Positions 9,029 through 19,451 of a stretch of 46,405 nucleotides of DNA are shown one piece after another. How positions within the stretch are numbered: position 1 is the first letter of the stretch; every line of letters begins with the position of its first letter. Source of the DNA: a virus. Lineage: Duplodnaviria; Caudoviricetes. A program made the translations under genes and the position numbers. The notes below the pieces were generated by a model that saw only the letters and a program-made list of their open reading frames with translations, did no database searches and was not told the origin of the DNA. Location: positions 1-46,405 of IMG/VR virus record IMGVR_UViG_3300032270_001390; one strand, 5' to 3'.

Positions 9029-12000
9029 TTATTTTTTTCCATTTTTAGGTGCCCCTTTACTTTTTGGTGTAGGTGGAGGAGGTGGGGGAGTACTATCTAT
9101 ATTTACTTCTAAAACAGTACCTTGAGCAGCCGCTACTGTATTTGTTCCAGGGAGAAGTGCTTGTAGTTCTTCACTTCTTTCTGATTTTACGGTAATGCTT
9201 TCTATTTTAGTAGTCCATTTGTTTGTGGTTATATTATGAGATATACCTTTAATTAAAAAGTCAATAATACCCTGTTTTAAAATACTTTGATTAGCAGATA
9301 CAACTTCTCTAACACTATAAGTAGGAGGCAATAAATTTTCAGTGATAGCAAAACGTTCATAATTTCTCATACCTGATAATCCGTTCATATCTAATGATAG
9401 GTTGAATGGTAAGAAAAAGGGAGCAGGCATTTTCTCAGATAATGCCTCATATCCTACTATAAAGGCTGATATGTCTTTATTTATGTCTGTTAAACCTGAG
9501 GTTAGATCGTTATCTAATAAATATTTTCCTGAGTAAATGTTATCTACAAGACTCTTTTGGGTTTTAAAATTATTTCCAAATATAGTATTTGGGTCATTTT
9601 TAGATCCAGATGCTGCTGCTGCTGTCATATCTGGGTCTAGTTTTTGGGTAATGATTCTATCTGTTAATCCTTTATTAAGTTTAGAAATAGCAGTAGCATT
9701 TTCACCTACTATATTACCCGAGGATTGGGCAGATATAGTTGCCATAGCGGCCATATTTGGAGGAATATTAACAGTAAAATTAACATTATTTATAAAGCTT
9801 CCCCATAAAAGATCACCATCTACAAAACTATCACTTGTTCCTTGAGTATTATATATAGAATTTGGATTTTGAGTAAGACCATAAACATTAAACGTTGAAA
9901 TTTCTGTCCCTTCCTTAACTTTTCTATACTGTAAAGGGTTTTCCTCAATAATTCTAATACTGTTATTATCAGCATCATAGTTAATACCCATTCTATTTAC
10001 ACCACCTAATGCTTCATTTACTCCATTTAATATGGCTTGTAAAAATGCAATTAAACTAGTTCTTCCATCTTTATCTGAGTTATCAACTAAACATTGGGTG
10101 ATAAAATTAATATTAAGATATATATTTAAAGGATTACCTAAATAAGGATTACCATTAATTAAATAACCCTTAGGAGAAAAACATTCATCTCTAGTAAGAG
10201 TATCAGCTAATAAATTTAATTTAGGAAATTTTCCATTTCGTGCTGCTTCTTGTATATCTTTTAAATCTTCGGGGTTGTCATAATATCTAAATGGAATCAC
10301 ACATACATTTGGGTCAGCAGACATTTGATTTGGGAATGATAAACAAAAGGTATTAGTAGTATCTATATCCATATTTATAAATGGAACTCCAATAACATCT
10401 CCTGTAGCACCTCTAGAAATAGAATTAGGGCTGTTTTGTTTGGTTAAATCATAAACTAAAAGCTCACTTTTAATATAACCAAAAAGAACCCCCATTTTGA
10501 TATAATTTTGGTCAAATAAAAAAGTACCAGCTCCCCCACTATTTTGTTTAAATGGAATTCTTATAAAAGGTTTATCAATTCCTATAGAGTATGGTGCAAG
10601 GGCGGTTTCAACATCTGATATTTTAGGTACTCTATATATAAAATCATATAACCAGCGAGTAAGAGAGCATCTATTATAGTTTTGTAAAATAGCATTAGCG
10701 CTATATACTCGAGTTTGTTCAAGTCCTTTAACAGCTGCTATTTCTCTACTTATAGCAGAAGATGCTGCTGCAATAGATGATTTTAATTTAGTAATATATG
10801 TTGCTAAAGCATCTCTATATATCTTTGCAGGAGAGTCAGTAGATGGAACTTTTAGTGAAAAACCATTTTCAAGAAAATCAGGTGTATCAGCTTTTGAAGG
10901 TTCAAATTCATCAAATAAAGTTAATGGGGTAGGAGTTTCTTCTGAAGATCCACCAGCAAAATTAAAGGTGCCTTGTGGGGGTGGTGTTTTACTATTTATT
11001 ACGTTTTGAAATGTTGGAGAATCAAGTTTATCCAGGGCATTTTTTAATTGATTTAAATATTCAGTATTCCCTTTTGGATTATCAAAATCAAATTCTATTA
11101 ATGATGTACCTGTTAAGTATTTAATATAATTTCCGCCCTCAAGATCTAAATAAGAATTAGCCTGGTCTATTAAATTATCTAAAGCATCACTGGTTTTTGT
11201 TTTAGCAGCTGAAGCTATATCTACTGCAGAATTAGCAACTTTTTCAGCATCTGGGATTTTTTCTCCTCCTCCAGATCCCTTATTAACTTTTAATGATTCT
11301 ACTATGTCTCCTAACCCTACTAATTTAATTTCTATATCATATCCGGAGTTATTATAAGTCCAACTAAAGTTAGTAACTTTACCAATCATAGCATCATAGT
11401 TGTAATCATGGTTAGCTCTTTCAGCTTTGATAGAGTTAATTATTTTATTTTGATCTACAACCATACTTACACCATCATTAAAAAATGCTCTGAATGGTTC
11501 TGTAGTGAAATCTTTAAAAAAGGATAGTGTACCGTTATTATTAAAATACGCAGTGTGACCCCATTCTAATAACATAGTATATCCTACTCTAAAATAAAGA
11601 ACATCTAAAATTTGTAATTGTTCTATACTATTAGCTTTTAATTTAATAGTAGCTTTTGCTAATGCTCCCCTATTATAATATGATATATCTGCAGCTTCAA
11701 TAGCAGGCATAGGTCTGTACCCGGATTCTAATCCTCCCCATCCATATGCTCCATTATTAAAAGTTGGGACTTTACCTGTTGCCATATCAGGAGATGCTAT
11801 TCCTGCTGGCATTATAGGTGCAAAAGTTGTTTCTTTTTGGTTACCCGCGCTAAGATATGATGTTTCTTCTATAGAAACAGCACCCCCAAATAACACGCAT
11901 TTTTTAGCTAAACCAGATCCTAAATATTGTTTTACATCTGTAACACCTGTTAAAAATGGGAGTTTTTCAATTCCATCTTGTCTTTCAGTTAAAGCCTTAT

Positions 12001-12172
12001 TATCTAAATTAATAGAAGATGCTAATCTTAAAAATGCAGTACTTGAATTATAACCTACAATTTCATCAATATTACGATTAAGCTTTCCTAATTTCCTTTG
12101 TCGAGTTTCTATTTGATTTCTAACTTCAGGGTCAAAAGCTTGCCCTGTAATGTTTCCGGATGTTTTGCTCAT
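9029..12172 (-). CDS. Large baseplate hub/spike-associated protein (gp27-like, putative)
   Basis: Baseplate cluster position; RPMPAI, LEWG, YDAMIGKVTNFSW, LSLDMNGLSG, W.TKI motifs; Pro-rich C-terminus. Confidence 0.6.
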   Translation of the reverse strand: MSKTSGNITGQAFDPEVRNQIETRQRKLGKLNRNIDEIVGYNSSTAFLRLASSINLDNKALTERQDGIEKLPFLTGVTDVKQYLGSGLAKKCVLFGGAVSIEETSYLSAGNQKETTFAPIMPAGIASPDMATGKVPTFNNGAYGWGGLESGYRPMPAIEAADISYYNRGALAKATIKLKANSIEQLQILDVLYFRVGYTMLLEWGHTAYFNNNGTLSFFKDFTTEPFRAFFNDGVSMVVDQNKIINSIKAERANHDYNYDAMIGKVTNFSWTYNNSGYDIEIKLVGLGDIVESLKVNKGSGGGEKIPDAEKVANSAVDIASAAKTKTSDALDNLIDQANSYLDLEGGNYIKYLTGTSLIEFDFDNPKGNTEYLNQLKNALDKLDSPTFQNVINSKTPPPQGTFNFAGGSSEETPTPLTLFDEFEPSKADTPDFLENGFSLKVPSTDSPAKIYRDALATYITKLKSSIAAASSAISREIAAVKGLEQTRVYSANAILQNYNRCSLTRWLYDFIYRVPKISDVETALAPYSIGIDKPFIRIPFKQNSGGAGTFLFDQNYIKMGVLFGYIKSELLVYDLTKQNSPNSISRGATGDVIGVPFINMDIDTTNTFCLSFPNQMSADPNVCVIPFRYYDNPEDLKDIQEAARNGKFPKLNLLADTLTRDECFSPKGYLINGNPYLGNPLNIYLNINFITQCLVDNSDKDGRTSLIAFLQAILNGVNEALGGVNRMGINYDADNNSIRIIEENPLQYRKVKEGTEISTFNVYGLTQNPNSIYNTQGTSDSFVDGDLLWGSFINNVNFTVNIPPNMAAMATISAQSSGNIVGENATAISKLNKGLTDRIITQKLDPDMTAAAASGSKNDPNTIFGNNFKTQKSLVDNIYSGKYLLDNDLTSGLTDINKDISAFIVGYEALSEKMPAPFFLPFNLSLDMNGLSGMRNYERFAITENLLPPTYSVREVVSANQSILKQGIIDFLIKGISHNITTNKWTTKIESITVKSERSEELQALLPGTNTVAAAQGTVLEVNIDSTPPPPPPTPKSKGAPKNGKK

Positions 12173-12183
12173 AAAACTATTGA

Positions 12184-12525
12184 TTATCTATTAGTAAATA
12201 CATTATTAAGTAAATAATATGAATTTAATACGTCTTGTAATAAAACTGGGATTCTTAGTTGTGACCCTACAGGTGGTAATAGAGAATTTTGTTTTAGGCT
12301 AGGATTAGCTATTGATATTACCCACCATAGTGAACTATCGTTATAAAATTGATCAGCCAATAAATCTAATCGATCCCCATCAGTAGTAATTACTTGAATA
12401 TCATTTGATGATAAAGGAACAGCAGGGTATTTAACAGTAGCTAAAGCAAGTCTAGGTTTAGCTAGTGTAGAATTATTTGTTGGGGTAACAACTGTTGTTT
12501 TTATATCAGCATATCTAGAGGCCAT
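12184..12525 (-). CDS. LysM/gp53-like baseplate wedge protein
   Basis: GDRLDLLADQFYNDSSLWWVISIANP...GSQLRIP signature. Confidence 0.85.
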   Translation of the reverse strand: MASRYADIKTTVVTPTNNSTLAKPRLALATVKYPAVPLSSNDIQVITTDGDRLDLLADQFYNDSSLWWVISIANPSLKQNSLLPPVGSQLRIPVLLQDVLNSYYLLNNVFTNR

Positions 12526-12540
12526 AGTATATTAATTTAC

Positions 12541-12549
12541 TATAAATAT
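12541..12549 (-). promoter_or_regulatory. Putative late promoter ATATTTATA (LysM/baseplate unit)
   Basis: Recurrent motif, 15 nt upstream of ATG at 12525. Confidence 0.7.
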
Positions 12550-12592
12550 GTCCAAAAGCCAAGCTTAATTTATAACTAAGGAATTATATTAC

Positions 12593-14605
12593 TTAAAAAT
12601 CTAGACCCCCACCTATTGAATTTGATAAATCTCCAGCTGATGTACCAATTGCATTTCCAGGAGATGCATAAGCGGAAGGAGGAAGTGGGTTAAAAAATTT
12701 AGTTCCTATAGTTTTTGATATATTATCTACTCCCATGTTAATAAATGGAGCATCAAAAATAGTACCAGTAGGATTTTTACCATCAATCCATTCTTGATTA
12801 AGAGTTTTAGGTAAAAACGTATGAATGGGAACAAATTTAAATCCACTAACTGTAATACCTTGAGGTAATGCTAATGATAAATTAGTATCTTGGGTTCTTT
12901 TTCCTTCTTCGTCTCTTCCTATATCCCATGAGTATTCATCGGGAACATCAAATGAAAATCCTTGTATAATTCCGGGTTGGTTTACTAAATAATCCCCTAA
13001 TGTAATTTTTACTATATTACCTCTCATAAATCCAGTAGTAAAGGTTTGATTTCCTCCTCCTGAGAATGAGGAATAGTTAGGAGCAAGTAATGATGCAAGA
13101 TAATTTAGTTTTAAATACATACTTTTTTGTTCTGCTCGAGAAGTAGCAACTACTGTAAAGTTAAATCCAATACTTCTTGCAAACCCATTATATGTGTAAA
13201 AGTTTTCTCCTCTACCTGTGTATTTGAAGGTAGCCCAATCTGCTTGATAATCATCCTTAAAACCATTTATATATGCTCTAAAGTGTATGTAATTACTTTT
13301 TGTAGGATTATCTAGATTAATTACAGCTATATGAAAAGGAATAATATCTTTATCTGATAAAACAGGGTCTGGGGCGTCACTTGAGTATATAGGTGAATAG
13401 GTAATTTGATCATAAGTAAGACCTAAACTATTATCTGGTTGTAATGGGGCGTATGAACCAACAGGGTTACTTCTATTTAAACCTTCTTTACCAGGATAAT
13501 TAAGACCATATGTAGTTTCTCTGTTAAACTGAGCATAATTAGTATATGTTAATGTTTTAAATGCTGGGGAGGATGTTGATTGTGGTTGTTCATCTACTAA
13601 AAATCTTCTAAAGTCAAATACGGTTGTTACAGGATTATCTGCAAATCCATATTGTGTACTGTATTTACCAAGATTTTTACTAGTTAACACATTAAAATAA
13701 GCATTGTTTCCTCCAACTTGAGTAGCAGATCCAATTTGAATATTTCCTCCTGGGTCGTTTGACCAAGCAGTAGTATCTGTTGCTTTTCTATAAACTTCTA
13801 ATGGGCCATTAGGTCCTTCAGGATAATAAAATAAATTTTGATCATTTAAAAGAGCAATATTAAAGGCTTGAGCAGCTGCTAAACCTAGTCCTCCTGGGGT
13901 AGCGTTGTTTATTTTTAAAGACCATAATAATCCTAATCTGCTAGTATTAGTATTAGCAATAAAGTTACCTATACGTGCAAACAAACCTCCTCCTCCTTCT
14001 CCTCTTGGTCTTTGTTGAACATTATTATAAACATATTGAGTTTGATACTCATAAGAAGATACAGGGTCAAATAATGATCCTTGGATTCTTCCGGCTAATG
14101 CTAAACTAGCAAGTTGAGGTTCTAGTAGTGAATCTAAATTTATACCAGGTAAATTAGATAAACCCTTCCCACGTTCATGTAATCCTGTAGATCCTCCTGC
14201 TAAATTAATAAATAAGTTTTTAGTGTCATAAACCGCACCGGGTTTGATTGTTGAAGGAAGTTTAGATTGTTGTTTATATAATTCCTTTTGTTTATCTAAA
14301 AATAAACTAAACGCCGGGTTATTAGGATCATCTATAAATCTAGATATTCTTTGTAAATTAGTAGATACAGTAGATAAATAATTTCCTCCTCCTCTTAATA
14401 AATAATCTTTACCAGGTAATGAATTGGCAGAATCAACTTGAGGTATAGGAACTTGTATATATGGTTGTCCACTAGATCCTCCTGCAGGTTGGTCATTTCC
14501 ATATGGATGAGTTTTAGCAGAAAAATTCCCTAACCCTCCTACATATCCTTTTGATTGGTAGTAATAAAAATTCTCTAAATTTGTAACTAATTCTACTAAT
14601 GCCAT
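12593..14605 (-). CDS. Baseplate / tail-tube initiator protein (gp48/gp54-like C-terminal domain)
   Basis: C-terminal FRAYI..F.D.Y.A.W...YTGRGENFYTY.GF.RSI.F.F and LNYLAS...P, ITLGDY...PG; typical tube-like baseplate domain. Confidence 0.65.
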   Translation of the reverse strand: MALVELVTNLENFYYYQSKGYVGGLGNFSAKTHPYGNDQPAGGSSGQPYIQVPIPQVDSANSLPGKDYLLRGGGNYLSTVSTNLQRISRFIDDPNNPAFSLFLDKQKELYKQQSKLPSTIKPGAVYDTKNLFINLAGGSTGLHERGKGLSNLPGINLDSLLEPQLASLALAGRIQGSLFDPVSSYEYQTQYVYNNVQQRPRGEGGGGLFARIGNFIANTNTSRLGLLWSLKINNATPGGLGLAAAQAFNIALLNDQNLFYYPEGPNGPLEVYRKATDTTAWSNDPGGNIQIGSATQVGGNNAYFNVLTSKNLGKYSTQYGFADNPVTTVFDFRRFLVDEQPQSTSSPAFKTLTYTNYAQFNRETTYGLNYPGKEGLNRSNPVGSYAPLQPDNSLGLTYDQITYSPIYSSDAPDPVLSDKDIIPFHIAVINLDNPTKSNYIHFRAYINGFKDDYQADWATFKYTGRGENFYTYNGFARSIGFNFTVVATSRAEQKSMYLKLNYLASLLAPNYSSFSGGGNQTFTTGFMRGNIVKITLGDYLVNQPGIIQGFSFDVPDEYSWDIGRDEEGKRTQDTNLSLALPQGITVSGFKFVPIHTFLPKTLNQEWIDGKNPTGTIFDAPFINMGVDNISKTIGTKFFNPLPPSAYASPGNAIGTSAGDLSNSIGGGLDF

Positions 14606-14606
14606 T

Positions 14607-16271
14607 TTATCCTGGGATGTTATTTAGGTATGGGTTATTTGGGGTAAAGAAATGTTTAAATCCACTAGCTATATCATTTGTAGGAGGATTGTTTTGGATA
14701 TCTAATAAACCATTAAATCCTGTAAGGTATAAAAGAGAAGTATCGTCTGGGGGAGCGGCTTGGCTGCCTACTGCATTAACAAATGTACTATCAGGTAGAT
14801 ATGTTTGAGTAAACCCATACTCAGGAGTATTTATAGGACCATTATCTATTAAATCTAATCCTTGATTACCAGTGTAACCATTATTATATAGATTTCCTCC
14901 TTCTACTGCTCCTTCACCTACTACATTAGAAAATGTATTATCAGGTAAATAAGTTTGAACAAACCCATTTCCAGGAACATTTATAGGTCCGTTATTGTTT
15001 AAATCTAATCCTTGATCACCATTAAATCCATTATTATATAGATTTCCTCCTTCTACTGCTCCTTCACCTACATCATTAACAAAAGTATTATTAGGTACAT
15101 ATGTTTGGGTAAATCCACTACCAAGATCACTTATAGGTCCATTATTTTCTAAGTCAAATCCTTGGTTGCCTGAGAATCCATTGTTATATAAAGTTGAGTT
15201 TTCATTAGGAGCACCAGCTTCACCTACATTGTTAGTGTATGATGTAGTGTTAGAAGATATATCATAATTACTATTTAAAAGACTATTTCCATCAGAAAGT
15301 ATAAAAACAGAATTTTCATTAGGTGGGGCAGACTGTCCTATATTATTAGCATATAATGAATAATTTCCTAAGCTAAGATCACTGTTATTAATTGATTCAT
15401 TTACTAACCCTGAGATATTATTAGGGTTAGGGGAAGCTTGGCCTAGGTTGTCTGTATATTCTTCAATATCTTCTGGCCATAGGTTACTAAGGAATTGATA
15501 AAGCAACATTCCTGCAGAAGTTTGTTGAGCTAATGCATTTTGGGTAAGATATCCTGGGCCATCAGAAATAGTAACATAATTAAGATTACTGTTATCTTCG
15601 TAGTATAAGCTATTATATAAATAAGAATTTTCTTCTGAGGAGAATGTTTCACCTGTTTCATTAGAAAATGTATTGTCGGGTAAATATGTTTGGCTAAAAC
15701 CACTTCCTGCATCAAATGTATTTCCAAAAGTTGTGTCATAATTACTTCCCTCAAATTCGTCATCATCAATAAAATAAGAACTATCATCAGATGGAGCAGC
15801 TTGACCTACATTAAAGATATATCTATGGTTATCACTACCAAATGGATAATAATATTGAGAAAATCCACTCCCCACATCATAAAGATTATAATTAGGGGCA
15901 GTTAAATCTAAATCACTAATAAATCCTTCATTTACAAACCCAGATACATTATTAGGTGATGGAGCTGCTTGGCCTACATTATCAGTATATTGTGTTAAAT
16001 TAGAGACATCTAGATTACTATTAAACCCATTGACTTCTAAATTTGAATTGGCTACTGCCGCTTGTCCAACGGAATTTAAATAACTATTTTCAGCAGTATA
16101 TATTTGAGTAAAGTTACTTCCAATATCATTAATAATACTATTAGTATTATCTAATTGAGAAGTATTAATACCTTGTGTTGGTTGTATTGAGGGAGCTGTT
16201 ATCACATCTGCAAAATTCTGTAATGCAGGAGATTTTAATGTAGTAGATGTGAGTAAATCAATTAGTGCCAT
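14607..16271 (-). CDS. Acidic Asn/Gly/Ser-rich repeat protein between tape measure and baseplate genes
   Basis: 554-aa ORF with its own ATATTTATA motif; about 50-aa repeats GFxQTYLPDNTFxNxVG...LYNNGxxGxQGLDLxxNGPI. Confidence 0.7.
   Translation of the reverse strand: MALIDLLTSTTLKSPALQNFADVITAPSIQPTQGINTSQLDNTNSIINDIGSNFTQIYTAENSYLNSVGQAAVANSNLEVNGFNSNLDVSNLTQYTDNVGQAAPSPNNVSGFVNEGFISDLDLTAPNYNLYDVGSGFSQYYYPFGSDNHRYIFNVGQAAPSDDSSYFIDDDEFEGSNYDTTFGNTFDAGSGFSQTYLPDNTFSNETGETFSSEENSYLYNSLYYEDNSNLNYVTISDGPGYLTQNALAQQTSAGMLLYQFLSNLWPEDIEEYTDNLGQASPNPNNISGLVNESINNSDLSLGNYSLYANNIGQSAPPNENSVFILSDGNSLLNSNYDISSNTTSYTNNVGEAGAPNENSTLYNNGFSGNQGFDLENNGPISDLGSGFTQTYVPNNTFVNDVGEGAVEGGNLYNNGFNGDQGLDLNNNGPINVPGNGFVQTYLPDNTFSNVVGEGAVEGGNLYNNGYTGNQGLDLIDNGPINTPEYGFTQTYLPDSTFVNAVGSQAAPPDDTSLLYLTGFNGLLDIQNNPPTNDIASGFKHFFTPNNPYLNNIPG
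14730..15230. repeat. 150-bp-period tandem repeat inside the 554-aa gene
   Basis: ttattatatagatttcctccttctactgctccttcacctac is identical at 14881 and 15031; degenerate copies flank these. Confidence 0.85.
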
Positions 16272-16284
16272 GATTTAATTTGTT

Positions 16285-16293
16285 TATAAATAT
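16285..16293 (-). promoter_or_regulatory. Putative late promoter ATATTTATA (repeat protein)
   Basis: 13 nt upstream of ATG at 16271. Confidence 0.7.
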
Positions 16294-19130
16294 TAACGTA
16301 ATCTTGAGGTTGACATACCTACTGAAGTTCCTACTTTATTGCCATCCATAGTAACTTTTCCTTCTTTACCTAAAATTTGACCTAATAACTGATTAGTTCT
16401 TTTTACTTCAGCTATTAATTCTTTTTGTTTTTCAATTGCACTCTTAACATCACCAGATACAGTACCTGCTGGAGCGCTTGAAAAGTCATTTACTGGGGTA
16501 AGGTCAGTTCCTGCTAAAATTGTATCTCGGTTATTAAATGAGAATGTCCCTTCAGGGGATAATAAAACACGGTCTCCGTATCCTCCTTTGTTTGAAGCTG
16601 GAGATAATAAGTCATCTGCTGTTTCTCCACCTCCTAAATAACCTTGAGCTGCAGCAACCATAGCTAAAACTGCCGCTGCACCTAATGCAGGTCCAGCAAC
16701 CGGAATTGCAGACAAAGATCCTACAATTTTAGGAGAAGCAGATGCTATGCTCTTAAACATATTTCCTTTCTCTTTTTTAGAATTAGCACTAATTTGTTTA
16801 CCTTCAGCTTTTTTAGTTTTAACAATGGTTGAGGCAATTTTTTCTCTGCCTTTCATAGTTCTAGAGAGAGCGTTTTCGCTTTTATTTATTTGACCATTAG
16901 TTTTATTTTCTTGTTGTTTAAGTTTATTTAAATTCTTTTGTTTTTTAATCTTATCATCTAAAGCTTTTTTAAGCTTATCTTCTTGCTTCATCAAACTACC
17001 ATTTACTTTACCTTCAGCTTTTTTCTGGTTGGTTAGAGTTTTTTCTTGTTGGTTTTGTTTGGTTTTAGACTTATTTATTTTTTCTTCTAGTTTAAATTTA
17101 TCACCAGTTAATTTATTAAGTCCTTTAATTAAAACTTCATTTTTCTTTAATGCATTTTCTTTAAAAGTTTCAATAGCTGTTACTATAGCTTGATATCCCT
17201 TTTGGGCCATCTGAAAACCTTTTATAGTAAGATATACACCAGCAATTGCTACAATTATTTTTTGGAAACCTGTTAATTCTTTATTTGCATCTGTAAGATT
17301 AGTAACTAAATCTGCAATTCCTCCAACAAGCCATATTACTTTTTGAGCAATGAATTCAAATATAGGTTTAATGTTATCTAAAGCACCTTGTATTGCTGGG
17401 AGGAGAGCTTTGCCCATTTCTTGTAGTTTACCTCCTAATTCTTTAACAGGGGCTTCTATTTTTTTAAATATGTCGTAAACATATGTTATTAAATATTCCC
17501 CTAATTTAAGTGCAAATCCAATAATAGGTTTTAAAAGAGATGAAAGAGTTTGAACAGCTCCTAATATTATAGGAAAAATTTTATCCCCCATTTCTTTAAA
17601 CTTATCTACAAAACTACCTACGGCATCCATAGGAATAGCTCCACTAAAAGCAGCTAGCAGCTGGGAGATTTTAGGCATAATGTATGATTGGAGTTCCCTT
17701 AATGCATCTACAAATGGTTTAAAAGCACTATATACACTAGACCATGCTGCTTCTAACCCTTCAGCTCTTCGTTGTAATTGTTCACTTAAAGAAGCACCAG
17801 ATTGTTGTGCTTTTAAACCATCTTTATGACCTTCTACTAAATCTCCTTGAATATTAGCTTGCTCTTTTTGAGTAACCATTGCTTTACTAAACTGGTCAAG
17901 ACTTAGCCCAGCTGCTTTAGCTAATGATTCTTGTTGGATAACATTTAATTTAGCAAATTCTTCTTGGCCACCCATTTGGTTCATAACCTCTTTCATGGCT
18001 TCATCACTTTTACCATTAAGAGCTAATTCACGAGCTTTTGATAAATTAATGTCTTTACCAGTTAAGAGCTGAGCTTCCATTTCAGCTTCTATAGAATCTT
18101 CAATATTAAGTAATGATTTGGTAGCTGCTACCATTTCATCAATTTCCATTCCCATTTGTTTGGCGGTAAATGCTGCTTTTACTAAAGCATCTTTTTGTCC
18201 ACCAAATTGTATACGAGCATGATATCCGGCTTTAGCTACCGTTTCCATAACTACTTTAATGCTTAAAGCAGATTTGTTTACTTTTTTAAGTTCAACAACT
18301 TGATCAGCAAATCTTTCAACCATTTCCCCAGCATCTTGACCAGATACTTTAGCCATTTTTTGAAACTCACCTAATGTATCTGCAGAATATCCTGCGAATA
18401 CATTTAATCGCATAAATGTGTTAAGGGTTTTCCCGCCTAATTTTTCAGTAGTTTCTAATGCTCCTTGAATAGCGGTAGCAGATTCTACGGCTTGAGCATT
18501 AGTAATTCCCATTCCTGCTCCTATACCTCGAGCAGCTCCAGCAAGTTTATTAGCAGCACCCTGAGCTATTCCTAGACTTCGAGCCATGCCAACATTTTGG
18601 TCACTTATTTTTTTAGCTGCTTCTTGTCCTTTTTCAAATCCTTCTTTGATTTTATTGACTAATCCTAAAATCATTCCAAAAACAGCTCCAGGCATTGCTG
18701 CTGCTAGTGTTTTAGCCATTGTAGCTGCTACTCTAAGTTTACCAGCTAATCCTAAAGCGGCTTTACCACCATCTGTTAATTTATGAGCTAAATCTTCTCC
18801 TTTTTTAGTAGCTTTTCCAAGTGCATCTGCTACTCTAGTTCCTCCTAATCCTATTTTTCCTAATACTTTTTCAGAGGCTTTAAGGGTGTTACCAAAAAGA
18901 CCCATAGATTTATTTAAGTTGCGTTGACGACGTTCAGATTCATCAATTTTACCACTTATTTTATCTTGAGTATTAGAACTTTCTTCTAATTTTTCATTCA
19001 TCTCATCAACAGAGCCATTAAACCCTCGTTGAGAAGAAGTCATTTTATCGATAGATGCAGCTAGATTCTTAATTGTTTTATTGAGTTGCCCCATTAAACC
19101 TATTAAATCTTTTGCTTCTTTACTATCCAT
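16293..19130 (-). CDS. Tail tape measure protein
   Basis: 945 aa, Ala/Lys-rich helical; SLLNIEDSIEAEMEAQLLTGKDINLSKARELAL; C-terminal V.MDG.KVG; follows the chaperone genes. Confidence 0.88.
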   Translation of the reverse strand: MDSKEAKDLIGLMGQLNKTIKNLAASIDKMTSSQRGFNGSVDEMNEKLEESSNTQDKISGKIDESERRQRNLNKSMGLFGNTLKASEKVLGKIGLGGTRVADALGKATKKGEDLAHKLTDGGKAALGLAGKLRVAATMAKTLAAAMPGAVFGMILGLVNKIKEGFEKGQEAAKKISDQNVGMARSLGIAQGAANKLAGAARGIGAGMGITNAQAVESATAIQGALETTEKLGGKTLNTFMRLNVFAGYSADTLGEFQKMAKVSGQDAGEMVERFADQVVELKKVNKSALSIKVVMETVAKAGYHARIQFGGQKDALVKAAFTAKQMGMEIDEMVAATKSLLNIEDSIEAEMEAQLLTGKDINLSKARELALNGKSDEAMKEVMNQMGGQEEFAKLNVIQQESLAKAAGLSLDQFSKAMVTQKEQANIQGDLVEGHKDGLKAQQSGASLSEQLQRRAEGLEAAWSSVYSAFKPFVDALRELQSYIMPKISQLLAAFSGAIPMDAVGSFVDKFKEMGDKIFPIILGAVQTLSSLLKPIIGFALKLGEYLITYVYDIFKKIEAPVKELGGKLQEMGKALLPAIQGALDNIKPIFEFIAQKVIWLVGGIADLVTNLTDANKELTGFQKIIVAIAGVYLTIKGFQMAQKGYQAIVTAIETFKENALKKNEVLIKGLNKLTGDKFKLEEKINKSKTKQNQQEKTLTNQKKAEGKVNGSLMKQEDKLKKALDDKIKKQKNLNKLKQQENKTNGQINKSENALSRTMKGREKIASTIVKTKKAEGKQISANSKKEKGNMFKSIASASPKIVGSLSAIPVAGPALGAAAVLAMVAAAQGYLGGGETADDLLSPASNKGGYGDRVLLSPEGTFSFNNRDTILAGTDLTPVNDFSSAPAGTVSGDVKSAIEKQKELIAEVKRTNQLLGQILGKEGKVTMDGNKVGTSVGMSTSRLR

Positions 19131-19145
19131 AAAAGTATATTTTAT

Positions 19146-19154
19146 TATAAATAT
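19146..19154 (-). promoter_or_regulatory. Putative late promoter ATATTTATA (tape measure)
   Basis: 15 nt upstream of ATG at 19130, directly after a terminator. Confidence 0.75.
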
Positions 19155-19155
19155 T

Positions 19156-19182
19156 AAAAGGCATCGCTTTTACGATGCCTTT
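19156..19182 (-). terminator. Intrinsic terminator after the chaperone pair
   Basis: AAAGGCATCG-6 nt loop-CGATGCCTTT perfect 10-bp stem overlapping the stop codon, T-run on minus strand. Confidence 0.75.
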
Positions 19183-19451
19183 ATTGTTGAAATAATTTTT
19201 TATTTGGGTTGGATATATCTACTGGGGTAAATTTAGTAGACTTACCTGGGGTAGGGGAATGATTAGAGTGTTGGTTTGAAGACTCGCTTTGTTTATCATA
19301 GAAATCCTGTATTCGTTTAAATGTAAAATTCCGAAGCCATACAGGCATATCATAAACCGTATCATAGTCAAATCCACCCTTACCATGAAATACTATTTCA
19401 TGTATTTGAGTAAATATATGAACTCTATAATCAGATGTCAGGCCAAAAAAA
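19181..19451 (-). CDS. gp51-like / GT-type chaperone C-terminal module, probably expressed by frameshift from the upstream gene
   Basis: YRVHIFTQIHEIVFHGKGGFDYDTVYDMPVWLRNF in the +1 frame, entered at a T7 run; no suitable ATG just ahead of this segment. Confidence 0.65.

Noticed and set aside
14730-15230. Regularly spaced direct repeats considered as a CRISPR array
   Set aside because: Period is 150 bp, in frame within a coding sequence; intervening sequences are homologous rather than unique spacers; no cas genes.
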